In this document: piece after piece, positions 27,501-38,809 of the stretch | How the letters are laid out: each line of letters opens with the position of its first letter | Numbering within the stretch: position 1 is the stretch's first letter | Source of the DNA: Azolla caroliniana | Taxonomy: Eukaryota; Plantae; Polypodiophyta | Assembly (NCBI GenBank): GCA_043228905.1 | Contig: JBHGNT010000005.1 | Span: forward strand, 7,750,001 to 7,814,000 | DNA length: 64,000 nucleotides | Reading direction: 5' to 3' | Notes under the pieces: model-generated | Database searches by the model: none | Told to the model about the DNA's origin: nothing | Seen by the model: only the letters and a program-made list of their open reading frames with translations | Position numbers and translations under genes: made by a program

Positions 27501-30500
27501 GAAAGAATATTTCTCAAAGCTTATTAAAGCCAATGTTAATGGCATAGAAGAAGTAAGCTTACAGTCCGCAATCGTATTAATCACTTCAATCAATTTTTGA
27601 AACTAATCAATGGATAAAATTTAGAACTCTTTATTCAATGAAAGCAATGCTCCATTTGAAATCTTCTGCCCACACCAAACTGAGTTATATGAAATCATAT
27701 ACGTCCATCATGTGTTTCCTCTTCTGTAATCTTTTAGCATTTTTCAGTATTACACTCCTCAACAGATGCTAGAACTATTCCAAGAGGCATCTTTTGTAAA
27801 ATCTTAACTAATGGAAACAATACTATGATTGTTCAGTTAAGTTACCCTGTCTAGATATTATGTCAAAGTTAACATGTTAAACATACAATCTTCTAGAGGT
27901 TTGAGCATATTTGGTGTACTATGTATTATCAATTAAAGAATTGTTTACCTGTGTTTGACATTCTAAAGTAATTTCCAGGAAATCTACAAAATAAAACTCC
28001 CTGGGGATCCATGGTTGGGTGAACGAAAATCCGAGAACCAAAACCATGCTATCATATTCACACGTGGTGATGCACTCCAAAGCACTGCTGCTGACCAGGT
28101 GCAACTTTAGAGCACATTTATAATTAAGAGTTTGAATTAGCATTTTGTAAAGAAAGCTGCCACTTTGGTGCACAACACATGTTTACAATGTGTAATAGCT
28201 GTTGCATGATAGTTGAGAAATGGGTTCATTGTCATAAAATAAACAAAAAGGCATAGCTTGAAATTATGTGAACTTTAGAGCACATTTATAATTAAGAGTT
28301 GGAATTAGCATTTTGTAAAGAAAGCTGGTACTTTTGTGCACAACATGTTTGCAATGTGTGCTAGCTGTAGCCAGGTACTTAAGGAATGGGTCCACTGTCA
28401 TAAAATAAAAAGAAGGCATTGCTTGAAATAATGTGATCTTTGAATCTCTTATCCCTTTTCCAAGGTATTAGTTTTGAAAAGTTGACATGGTTCCTGTCAT
28501 GTTTTATATGGTTCCGTACATTACTGTCTCTTACTATAGGACAACTATTTTGAAGAAGCGTTAAAGATGCGGAATCTGCTCGAGGAGTTCAGTTGCAAAC
28601 AGGGGTTATGTCCTCCATCAATCCTTGGAGTTCGAGCGCATGTGTTTACGGGAAGGTGGGTCCATTGTACTTAATATATTCACTCTAGTTTACAGTTTCG
28701 TAAGGCACATGTATTGTTATGTATTAAGACCAGATCCCCCAATGACTGCTCTTCCACTGGTTCCTACTTCCAGTGTCTCGTCCATTGCATGGTTCATGTC
28801 AAATCAGGAGGAATGTTGGGCTACTCTTGGCCAGAGAGTTCTTGCTAATCCTCTAAGGTATATTCACAATAGGCTGCAGAATTTACTCAAATATCTATAT
28901 TGACAGGCAATTTATGAACCTAATAGGGTACGAATGCACTATGGAGATGGTGATATCTTCGATAGGATTTTCCATATAACTAGAGGAGGAATAAGTAAAG
29001 CATCTAGAGGCATCAATACCAGTGAAGATATTTTTGCAGGTTTCCTTTTACCCTCTTGAGTAGTAACTGAATGAATATATAGAGCCAAACTTTATATCTG
29101 AATGAATATTTTTCTTTATTGATGTAGGATACAACTCAATTCTCAGAAATGGAAGCATCACTCATCACGAATATATCCAGGTCAATTCAGTGTCTTCTCA
29201 ATTAGTAAATTCATTAAGTATCAATGCAAAGGCCAAGAAAATGTTCTCCATTATCCTCCTTAATTACTTATATGTATGTGGAATGCTCAAATATATGTAC
29301 TTGCATTTGGACAAATATAAGTGATAACAGCGGGTGCCTATTTCCGTTTTCATTGACAATGAGTAACATCATCCCCTCTATGTACCCACCCTCAAGCACA
29401 CCTGTTATTCCATACAGAGGATAATTGATGGTGGCGAAGAAAGAAATGTTTACTTTCTTAAGAGGCCAAACTGGCCTGTAAGACAACTTAAAATGTTCTC
29501 TTGTCTCTCAGAATCAACAAAAACCAAAATAAATATAATTAAGTTACTCATAAACAATAGAATACCTCCTAAACATTCGCAAGGTTGGCAACCCATGTAG
29601 CCTTGAACATGATCCCAGTATGAACACAAAAGTGGGTCCCTAAGAATGCAAATTTTGCTATTGGTATGTTCAATAGCGGTTGTAGCTAAACAACACTTTA
29701 AGACCACTGGTGCTGCCGAAAAACAAAGTCGGTTGACCTTAGAAAGCATGATCAGCGAACCAACATGACACAACCTCCCCTGAGAAGAACTACACTCAAT
29801 CTTCCAAGAGTCCCACCAGAGGGTCACTTTCGGATGTTACTTTTACTCCTGTCCGGATATATTTGCTTTCTACCCCTATTTCCTCCAACATAAATTGGAT
29901 ATTTCAGGAAGTGCGCCTCACAACCCTTTCCAGCTGTTTTCCCCCTCCCAACGGCAGGTTCTCACACATTACTCACCCATCCGCCACTGGAAACACCATG
30001 AAGATGCTTCCCGTCTGACTTGCATGTGGTTCAGACTATGATTATGGAGATTCGGTAATTGGGTTTAATCAATAAACCCACGGTCACTTCGATCCGACAA
30101 AACTATCGATTACAGAAATCCAAGTTTACTTCGTCGATTTGTTAGCGTGCTCAGTAGGTCTAATTCCTACTGTATTTTTCGGAATGCACAAGAGTTGTTG
30201 AAGCTAGTGTATTGGAAGATCAAAGGGCAGAAGAATTGTAAATGCTTTACTGGTCGCTAAGATTCTCACTACGCGTTCCATTTATTTACAGATATCGATA
30301 GGGTTTCTTTGTGCACGCAGTACAAAGATGAATCGAGTATTTCAGAATAGCCCCTGGTTGAACTAGGATGCCTGACGTCCCTTTTAAGAAGGAAATATGT
30401 GCAGATGTGGCTGGCTACCCACGCTCTCACATGAGATGCCGATGGTCACCCAACCCAATCCACTAGCCATTGATTCCCACACCTGCCAACTACGAGCTTG

Positions 30501-33500
30501 CATGTCAAAGAAACGCTGGAACGACCTTTGAAGATGCAAGTTCTAGGAATTGGCAATGGCTTGGCTCAAGCCTAAACCGAACCATCAAATCGCGGTTTGG
30601 CGGTTCTGTTCGGTTCGGTTTAGACTTGAGCTTCCTTAACCGGTTTGAACTTGGTTTGGGATTGCTCTAACCAGTTACCAAGCCGGTTAAGGCTTAATCG
30701 GCTTGTCCAAACCGGTTTAGAAACCGGTCCGGTCCAGGTTTGGAAACCCCCAAACTGCAAACCGTTGCCGATTCCTAGATGCAACGCTGACAGAGCGCCA
30801 AAGCCCTTCATGCCACCACGCTGACGACTGCAATCACAGTGCTACTAAACCTCGAAGTTCATTCTGGAGCATTTCAAGACACGATGGACGCTATCACCAC
30901 TGTCTATGCCAGACTTGATGCACTTTCTTGGGCCAGTGCTGAATATTAACATCAGGTACAGCGCCTCATGCGACAAAATGCTGAACTCTCTGCCCAACTC
31001 AAGGCTGCCAAGAGCGAGTCCACTGCCCACACATGTGCCTACAAAACTGCAATGAGTTTGTGAAATTCCCTTGCTAACCAATTGGCCGAATCAGAGTTAG
31101 ACTGCCACAGACGTTTAGAAGAAGCCCTGCATACCACCACCATGCAATGGCATACACAAAGCAGGCTACCTACTCATGCCGAACTCAGTGCCACTTTTGT
31201 GCAGTTTACTGAAACCTTTCAACAAGAGGAGACCCTGCACACTGAGCACCCTGCCCAGCTTGAGGCGAAACTAACAACTATGGAAGTGAGCCACAGACCA
31301 CAACTCACAAACTCAACCAGGGATTTGATCATCTTAGTGGAATCCTCCCTACAGGGATTTAAGACCCTGAGGACGTCTAATGATAATGTTCTATGTACGA
31401 AGCCAGGGGGACACCAATCGAGCAGCTGCCTATTATACTCTTCCTACACTAGATACATGTGAGTCAAGTTGCACAAGGAAACCAGTCACAAAGATAGAAA
31501 CATATAAGCAAGAGGCAAGAAGAATGAGAGGAGCTGCACAAAAATCTGGTTTTATAGTGATGTGAAACGAGCAGATGGGTTTATCCTTGTCATAGTGTTG
31601 ATCATCATCTCTCCCCAAAGTGTTGTGGATGACGAAGTCAATCAGACCATCAGTAATAGTGTCAATTGCCTTTCAAGCTATGAAAAGTCTATGTACAAGC
31701 ATAAAACCAAACCTGAAATATGTAACATGTGCATGCATGCAATTGTTTTTAACTGAATAAAATGGTTGTTATTTCAGGTTGGGAAAGGTTGTTCTGTGGG
31801 CTTGAACCAAATAGCTATGTTTCAAGGAAAAGTAGCTTGTGGAAATGGTGAACAAAGTTTGAGCAGAGACATGTATAGACTGGGGCAGCTTTTTGACTTT
31901 TTCCGGATGATGTCCTTTTATATCTCATCTATAGGCTTCTATGTATGCTGCATGGTAATGCGATATCTTTGTCTATTATGTCGTAAACTATGAAATTCCT
32001 TAAGCATGACTTCGAGACTGATTTACAGATGATGGTGCTTACTGTTTACGTCTTTCTTTATGGGAGAGCTTACTTGGTCAGTTCTTCAATTTACATTTCA
32101 CTTATTCAGTGCATGATTCTTATGGTGTTTTCACTTGACATTTGAGTTATTGTCTTACTCTTAGGCTTTTTCTGGAATTGGAAGATACCTCAAAAGTGAC
32201 ACTGCAAGCCCTGCTACTGATACTGCTCTGGAAACGGAGTTTCTATTTCAGATAGGTGCCATTGCCATAATACCAATTGTCACAGTGCACATACTTGAAG
32301 AGGGTGTTTTTAAGGTCGTATAAGCATAAGATTATGTCATTTATACAGGATCCAATATTATGTTTCTGATTGTCTTCGTTCATGTAGGCCTTGGTAAATT
32401 TTATAACAATGCAACTTCAACTGTATTCAGTATTCTACGCTTTCTTGTTGGGCACATGTACACACTATTTTGCGAGAGCTATTTTGCATGGAGCTGCCAA
32501 GGTATCTGCAGATCATTTATGTCTATAGTTCAAAGCTAATCTCTAGTAAAATTTTATAATTCTTCACTGAGAATCAACAAATAAACTGCAGAACCAGGAA
32601 ACAGGAAGGGGTTTTGTGGTTCAACACACCCGATTTGCTGAAAATTATCGCTTATATTCCCGAAGCCATTTTGTAAAAGGGTAAAATGTTGTTTACCTAT
32701 CCATCAGAACCAGCAACAAGAATTTGTAAATAAATGAAAAGAATGTAAACACTTAACTATAGTAACGATCTGAATATTATATCAGATCCCTAGAGATATA
32801 GTGCATGTAATTGTATACATTTGAATACCTTGTATCTGTACATTTTTGCAAATATTGTCATCAATACCACATGTCCTTTGCCATTTCAGACTAGAAATTT
32901 TGATGCTCTTGCTGGTTAACATCATATATGGATTTGAGAAAACAAGAAGCAGCTATATTATTCTGAGTTTAGCGAGTTGGTTTCTGGCAGTATCTTGGCT
33001 TTTTGCCCCATTTCTTTTCAACCCTGCTGGTTTCGAATGGCAAAAGTATATTTTTCTCAGATTAGATTATCTAAAGGTTTGAAAGAAGAATGAGATTTGT
33101 TGACTTTATTGTAGTTCTCATAGTCTCTTTACGCCAACTGACCAGGACGGTTGAAGATTTTGCTGATTGGACAAACTGGATTTTATACAAGAGTGGCATA
33201 GGAGTGGATGTTAGAGAGAGCTGGGAAACATGGTGGAATAATGAGCAGGTGAAGAAGATAAATGGAAAACTACACTACTGATTTCCAGCCTTTGAGATTG
33301 TGGCATACTCTGTTTGTACGAAGCTTTGACTCCTGGACAAGATGATTATTGCATTACAAACAACCAAACTTAATAATAATCGATTCACATTTTGTACCAT
33401 ATATCCCAAAATTTACTATGTGACAGGCAAGTTTCAGGCTCTGAAACCAATAGCACAGTGAATCATAACACATTTCAATTCCTAAGAACCAACCATAGAG

Positions 33501-35095
33501 CGACACCAGCCACACTAGTGCTGTTACTGATGTTTTTGTTATTTTTCTTATGAAGAAGTTTCCTTTGAATGGTTCTTGAGACGATATTTCTGAACTCACT
33601 CCAAGCTTCTTTGTCCATCTTATTTGCGTGCAGCTCCTTGCACTGACAACATCTAAATTATACAATGTCTTTGTGATGCATAAAATTAATATTTTACAGT
33701 TTATGTAAATATTTAAACTCTCACCATGCTGAAGAAGTTGATCAAACTGTTAATAATCTTTCTTCTTTTCCTAGTTCAAATATATTAATGGCTCTAAGAT
33801 CAATCAACATATAGTCAAACTTAGTTCATGGTTTTTATTTGAAAGATGACCTTGCCAAAACTACAACTTTTCTTTAGTTTCTTTTAGTTTTTTGCATTGT
33901 AAAGTTGCACTGCATCACATATTATTGTGCCATTTATACTTTGTACTTATCCAACTTTATGCTATTTGTGTTCAAAACCAATACTGCAGGAGCATGTTCA
34001 CAGTTGCGGTGGAAGAATTGTGGAGTCCATATTATGCTTGCGGTTCTTCTTCTTCCAATATGGTGTGGTCTATCAACTACATGTTGTAAATGGAAATACT
34101 AACCTACTTGTAAGTGTGATTCAACATTTTGCAATCCATTTGAGATTTATGGCAGATTGTGAATGTCACTATGGAACTTTGTAGGTGTATGCTTATTCGT
34201 GGCTGATATTTTTCATAATTCTTATTATTTCAAAGGTTTGGAAACCTCTCTTTCCTAATGTGTAAAATATTATATGGTTACCTCTTCCTAATTTTATTTT
34301 AACAATTCCCAGGTTTTTACAGTCAGTCAAAAGATGTCTGTTAATGTTCAACTGTTCCTACGTCTAGTACAGGGAATATTATCTATGCTTTTGGTTCTCA
34401 CAATAATTCTTTTGGTCATATTTACGAGCATTTCGATCAGTGATATATTTGCCCTTTTGTTGGCGTTCATTCCAACAGGCTGGGCTATTATTTCTGTAAG
34501 ATTCTCTCCTCTTTTTCTTTTGTTTTTTCATGCTTATAGAAGAAACAAATGGAACAATGAGATTGCATATCATAGATACCCAAACAGAGCTGCTTTTAAT
34601 ATCAGATGATGCAACCACTTCTCTTTGTGTGGATATCAGAAGTTTTTTATAATTTAAAGAATGGTTCATGTATTTAATTAACATTATCTACTCACACCTG
34701 AGACTCTCAGTGTAGTTTTCTGTCTTACTCTTTTATTCTTGTTGAGGTAATGAAAGGGGTGTCGAGATCTTGTGTGTGTACTTTGTTGTGACATACAGAT
34801 TGCTATTTTATGGAAACCACTGATGAAGAGATTAGGTGTATGGAGGCACGTGCGAAAAATGGCTAATTTCTATGATGCAGTGATGGGGATGTTATTATTC
34901 ATTCCTCTGGTGCTCTTGTCATGGTTTCCCTTCATTTCCACTTTTCAGACACGCATTGTGTTCAATCAAGCCTTCAGCCGGGGGATGGAGATATCCCTCA
35001 TCCTTGGTGGTGAGCAAGTTGCACCCCCATCTCCTCGGATTCCCAGGACACCTAAATCCTCAGCGTCATCCAGAAACCATGCCAAACTCCAGTGA
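527..35095 (+). CDS. CALS: Callose synthase / 1,3-beta-glucan synthase-like (GT48), GSL8/GSL10-type intron-rich gene, 5'-partial, divergent active-site motifs
   Basis: 42 phase-compatible GT-AG exons, 4530 nt, no internal stop: 527-631, 2531-2604, 2721-2778, 3691-3819, 3954-4053, 4141-4264, 4579-4768, 4849-4901, 4997-5057, 6203-6284, 9246-9295, 15446-15532, 15843-15931, 16006-16036, 16153-16223, 19558-19660, 19760-19911, 19995-20103, 25285-25346, 25479-25551, 25685-25845, 25959-26065, 26701-26841, 26928-26996, 27195-27375, 27459-27552, 27979-28098, 28540-28655, 28774-28857, 28927-29039, 29128-29180, 31778-31954, 32029-32076, 32165-32314, 32388-32501, 32592-32680, 32890-33045, 33146-33248, 33990-34109, 34185-34235, 34313-34495, 34799-35095. 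Family motifs: [126 protein letters not shown]. Confidence 0.95.
1799..2214. mobile_element. hAT-like MITE in callose synthase intron
   Basis: Imperfect terminal inverted repeats (TAACAATCGGCAATGATTTGGT ... AACCGAACTGTTATCGACTGTTA), 8-bp TSD ATTGTTGT/ATTGTTGC, many subterminal AACCG(A) motifs and an AT-rich core. Confidence 0.75.
5318..5435. mobile_element. One-ended fragment of the same hAT-like MITE family
   Basis: Starts TAACAATCGGCAACGGTTCGGTTTG and has AACCGAACCG repeats matching 1799-1930; no second terminus found. Confidence 0.6.
7136..8400 (+). mobile_element. RTEX-clade LINE fragment (RT region plus 3' end), frameshifted, with internal duplication
   Basis: [17 protein letters not shown] and LLYADD RT motifs; ~87-bp internal duplication ([23 protein letters not shown] twice); family 3' end with (CTTT)n tail near 8290-8400. 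Confidence 0.85.
10626..10890. repeat. Two-copy tandem duplication, ~135-bp period
   Basis: ACCAAAATGCAAACTGAGATGT...GATGATATATCTAATTA at 10626 and 10761, nearly identical. Confidence 0.9.
10895..11555 (-). mobile_element. Stacked 5'-truncated RTEX LINE 3' ends
   Basis: Two head-to-tail copies of the family 3' UTR, each beginning with (GAAA)n on the + strand (about 10895 and 11090), followed by the TTTTAAGAGGCCAAAATGGCC-type core or a shortened version of it. Confidence 0.8.
11556..14720 (-). mobile_element. RTEX-clade LINE, longest copy, frameshifted
   Basis: ORFs 13549-14376 ([14 protein letters not shown]) and 12713-13258 (LLYADD), C-terminal [18 protein letters not shown] motif typical of RTEX, and (GAAA)n tail at ~11556-11575; 5' limit approximate. 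Confidence 0.9.
16395..17500 (-). mobile_element. Older, internally deleted RTEX LINE remnants
   Basis: Diverged 3' UTR (16395-16850) and RT piece [27 protein letters not shown] (17030-17230). Confidence 0.75.
18604..19059 (+). mobile_element. Solo LTR inserted in LINE-derived intron sequence
   Basis: Termini TGTTAC...CTAACA, perfect 5-bp TSD TGTTG on both sides, internal TATAAA; homologous inverted copy at 46288-46583. Confidence 0.85.
20395..21025 (-). mobile_element. Three stacked RTEX LINE 3' ends
   Basis: (GAAA)n + GATATATTAA..TTTTAA(G/C)AGGCCAAAATGGC units at about 20400, 20455 and 20610; the last extends ~400 bp into the 3' UTR. Confidence 0.85.
21035..21985 (+). mobile_element. RTEX LINE RT fragment with ~326-bp tandem duplication
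   Basis: [17 protein letters not shown]...NYR appears twice (21136, 21462), followed by degenerate RT sequence up to KQGCPLSP; the LINE resumes at ~22842. Confidence 0.8.
22001..22788 (+). pseudogene. 5.8S rRNA pseudogene (with probable short ITS1/ITS2 flanks, ~21986-22841) split by a solo LTR
   Basis: 22001-22060 AAACAACTCTCAGCAATGGATATCTTTGCTCTTGCAATGATGAA-AGCAAAATGCGATACG and 22699-22788 CAATGTGAATTGCCGAATTC..ATCAAGTCTTTGAACGTGACTTGCGCC..AGGGTACGTCTGCCTAAGCGTC match the two halves of plant 5.8S rRNA, with CG>TG/CA changes and a small deletion. Confidence 0.88.
22061..22693 (+). mobile_element. Solo LTR inserted in the 5.8S pseudogene
   Basis: Termini TGTTAG...CTAATA (one mismatch from CTAACA) and perfect 5-bp TSD ATACG (22056-22060, 22694-22698); strand tentative. 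Confidence 0.85.
22880..25040 (+). mobile_element. RTEX-clade LINE, 5'-truncated, frameshifted
   Basis: RT ORF 23325-23927 (LLYADD), [33 protein letters not shown] zinc-knuckle-like C-terminus, 3' UTR and (CTTT)n tail; near-identical reverse complement of 11560-13643. Confidence 0.92.
25096..25170 (+). other. Degenerate duplicate of callose synthase exon 25285-25346 with its acceptor
   Basis: ATGTTTTTGTGCATGGGCAG|AAAAATAAAGAACTTGATGCAACAAAGGTCCACCAGTAAATTCCTT aligns with ATGTTTTGTTCATGGCCAG|GAAAATAAACAACTTGAGGCAGCAGAGAGGTCCATCAGTAAATTCTTT; a 2-nt deletion gives an early stop. Confidence 0.75.
28099..28435. repeat. Intronic tandem duplication, ~169-bp period
   Basis: AACTTTAGAGCACATTTATAATTAAGAGTT...GCTTGAAAT occurs twice. 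Confidence 0.85.
30543..30778. mobile_element. MITE related to the 1799-2214 family (hAT-like)
   Basis: 21-bp TIR CTAGGAATTGGCAATGGCTTG versus CTAGGAATCGGCAACGGTTTG (18/21); interior rich in AACCGG/CCGGTT; no clean TSD. Confidence 0.7.
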
Positions 35096-38000
35096 TCAAA
35101 TTCTCCTCATTTTACTGAAGTTCAAATCATCACAAACTTTGCTAATGTGAAACCCCATTACCTCTATTAATCAAGTCCCACACACCTTAAACTTATACAC
35201 ACCCGTATGGAACTCGCATCATCAAGCTGTTCTATTATACCAGGGTTCAAATCTAGTCAAACTGTCCTGTACACAACTCAAAATTATCAATTTGGATCTC
35301 ATATGAAAGAATCATGCTGAGGACATATTCCTTGGTTTTGTATTTCTGGAAGTTTGTATTAAATATTCAAGAATTATAGTGACAAATTACAATATATAAA
35401 AGAGAATGACAATGCTCGATGGAGTAAAATTTTCCATCTTTAAAAGAATATTCTGGGGATTGCCAGTTCTTTTATCTCCAGAACATGTGGTGGCATGTTT
35501 TACCACTCTTGCTCTGATTAAAAGATGTTGCATATTTTCTGATCATAATGTGTGACACAACAAATGTGGCGATTCATCAGTTACGGGTACTTGGAAATTG
35601 GACCATATATATTTTTTTAGCTAATGGTTTTTTAGCTTGCATATATTTATCTTTACTTCAACTTAAATATAAATTTTCTGGTCTAAAGCCTACACGCAAT
35701 CATTCCTTGGATTTCAGATTTCAGTAGGAGCAATATATGACCACTCATATTGGAAATTTGTGCAAAAAGGAATATGGCCGAAGATGGAAACCTAATCTAA
35801 ACAAGTAAAGAGTGTAGAGAAAAATTAGAAAAGATATGTCGGTTGAAACTCGGTTCCATGATCCTCTTTCGGCCCACCCTATGGAAATTTTGATTTTGGT
35901 AAAAATTCTAGGCTTTGTATTCGCACAGGGGAAATGTATAATTTTGGCATTCGTATAATGCTTAACTTGGCCCTACATTTAAGACCACACTTGTGAATAA
36001 ATGTGAATGCAACCTTAGTGTTCTACACATAGGTTCATACATAATTTGGGCTATTACATTGATATGAAACATAATACAATTTTATGGATGCAACTTATAA
36101 ACTCGTGCATTTCTTTATCCAAGGTAGAGCATTGTATCAAAGTGTGATACTCAAACTCCCAAACTTGTGGTAAAGAATGCACAGTTGGTTACTCTCATCA
36201 CTTCTACCCCAACCCCTCATCTTACATTGTAGTGAATGTGAGCTAAGAAGTCACATGAAAGCAATGGTTTGGATGGCAAACAATGGATGGGTTCTAATTT
36301 TCCTATGTCATGATATATTAGCATTGCAAAATGACTTATTCATAAAGTAATCTAATGATGCATTATGAAGTAATTGCATTGCATTCCATTTTCTAAACCA
36401 TTTTCCATATCTTTCACCCAACAAGAACACAAAAGTTTGTTTTATTTTATTTTATTTTTGATTGCTTCCTATGTGATTCTAGGAAGTTGATGCGAGGGAC
36501 TTTTTCAAACTTTAAGCATGTATTCACCAACCTTTTCCATGGCCATGAATGATCTCAATGGGAAGTGATCCCATCTCAAGAAGTTGAAGAGTGTGTAGCA
36601 TTTGTTTCTTGACTCAAAGAAACTTTGTGAGAAAATGCATTTGGATATTTTTTTACGATTTCCAAGTAGACTTAGGGATGTTATTGGCCCATACTTCCAC
36701 CCCCCATAAAGAAGCATTGGTCTCAACCAAGTGTCTAAAATGTATTTCTTAAAGACCCAACACTTATATTCTCCATGATTGTATGTGTTTGTATCTTTGA
36801 TTGTATGATGGTTTGCTAGTTGCGTGCACATTATTTTCTTTTCTGCCTTTATACAAACATTTGATCCAATTTGTAGTCCAATCATAGGGCATCCCATGTT
36901 GCAATGCATGATTAAACATTCACTTATCCATGCATGCACTTCCTTTCCCATCCATTTGAGTGTTTTGACCTTTAGATATTGAAGATCTCTTGCCTTTCAA
37001 GATGCCAATTTCTTAATCCCTATGCATACATTTTCAATTGTAAACAAAGGAAGCATATATGAAAGACAACTATAAAAGATCATCTTTTTGGCAATTGGCA
37101 ACTCATATAAATTCTATGCCACATTCCACATTGCATGGGATTCCATTGTAATCCCAATAGCATAGTTGTAGAAAAAGTGAATTAGTCGCAAAGATGTCCC
37201 TATTTGTTTTTCATCTTAACCACATTTTTCAAATTTTCTTCGCGTGATTTACAATGGGCCTGTTGTTGTGAGATATAAGTATGATCTTCACTCACAAATC
37301 ATTGTGTACCTTTGAGGTTCTCCCAACTATTTTCAATTGTGATTCTTCGCTTTGTATCGTTGACCATTGTGCATACAATAGGCCTTTCTTTGAATTAGCA
37401 ATGCCTTATTTAATTCCCAACTTAGTATGACCCGTACATATTCACATACCCTAGTGCATACTAAAGAATTTAACAATGACCTTGCCAAGGGATGCAAGTA
37501 TTTCCATGCTCTCACTCCCATAGATTACAATGTTTTTCAATCTTCATTCGCATTCTTTCAATTTTTGGACATTGTTTTCTTGATTCATCAAATGCATTAA
37601 TAGTTCAAGAGTTACAAGATGAATCCCCAACACATGCATTAACCTATGACTTTGCTTTGCATATATTTTTCATCTCTCACATACCGCCTCATCATATCCA
37701 TTATTTTCATCATTTGTTGCTTCCTTTTACCTCAATATTGATTAAGCTCTCATTTGTTTTCAATTAGAAGCTTTCTTACATTCTTGAATCTTATCCTTAA
37801 GTTTGGCAATTGTTTGCTTAAGATTATCGTTCTTAATAACAATGGTTTGTAGTTTTGCATTCTCCTTCATGAATGACCTAATCTTTAGAAGTCCCCCCAC
37901 ATTGCAATTGAGAAGGGCCCAACAATTGGGATGGCCTTCTTTGGATCAAATAATGTTTGGGATAGAGTGTTTGTAGTTTATATCAATGGATACTTGAGGC

Positions 38001-38590
38001 TTCCACATTATCATATACTCGAGTCTTCAATATTATCACCATAACATTGGAGAAATGACATTGATGATGGAGTTGGGAATCTCTTTAATGGCTTCCAACA
38101 TTCACCAAGTTTGTTTTATATGGCAACCGATATGCCTCTTAAAACAAGAAAGCATTTGAGGGAGGGGAGGGGGGGGGGGAACTTTTTGCTGCAAATGTGA
38201 CGAGAGAAAGTCCGAGGCAATGAAAGTGTGTGTGTGTGTGGGGGGGGGGGGTTAGAGGGCGATAAAAGTGCGGGGAAGGAAAGGCTTGAGGCGGGGAGGA
38301 AATTTATCGAGCACTACAACAAGTAAGAGAAGAAGAAAAGGTGAATAGAAAGGAAAGAGAAATGCTCTTTGAGAATCATGGAGCCTTCCATCTAGATGCC
38401 ATGAGGCAGAGGTGGCATTCCAGTTTGCATGGGGATTTTTGTTTGGGTGTGGGGGGGGGGGATATACAAAAAAGACCTAATATTTTTTTGGTACTAAATA
38501 TATATGTATGTAAACAGTAAATCCATATGTATGTCAATATACATATATTTGTATTAGGTCTTGTGTTCAAATCTTGGCAAAGGATATTTA

Positions 38591-38809
38591 TTATAAAAGA
38601 AAGCTTTTAGGGTGAGAGAGAGAGAGAGAGAGAGAGCCTCATCTCCTCTCCTTTCCTCCCATCCATAGGGAGACCAAGAAGCAGGGGTACTGTACTCCCT
38701 CTCCTGTCGTTCTACCCCCCCCTCTCTACCTTTTGATTTTTTAGGTCTTTGTTTTCTTGGCTGGAGTTTTCCCTCCTAAGCTTAGAACTGCGAGACAGCA
38801 CAACCACAG
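38591..38809 (+). promoter_or_regulatory. Probable promoter and non-coding first exon of the PABP gene
   Basis: TTATAAAAG at 38591, (GA)n at 38614-38636, CT-rich leader, donor CAG|GTATGG at 38809/38810, matching acceptor TGTAG| at 41110, 45 nt before the ATG. Confidence 0.55.

Noticed and set aside
29540-31500. ORFs 29450-29827 and 31082-31462 as nested genes; possible LTR at about 30040-30431
   Set aside because: No recognisable domain, non-ATG starts and no convincing TSD; probably decayed retroelement sequence.
36100-38150. Degenerate pogo/Tc1-like or LINE remnant (ORF 36505-36951)
   Set aside because: Probably TE-derived, but no diagnostic motif or termini that I can support.
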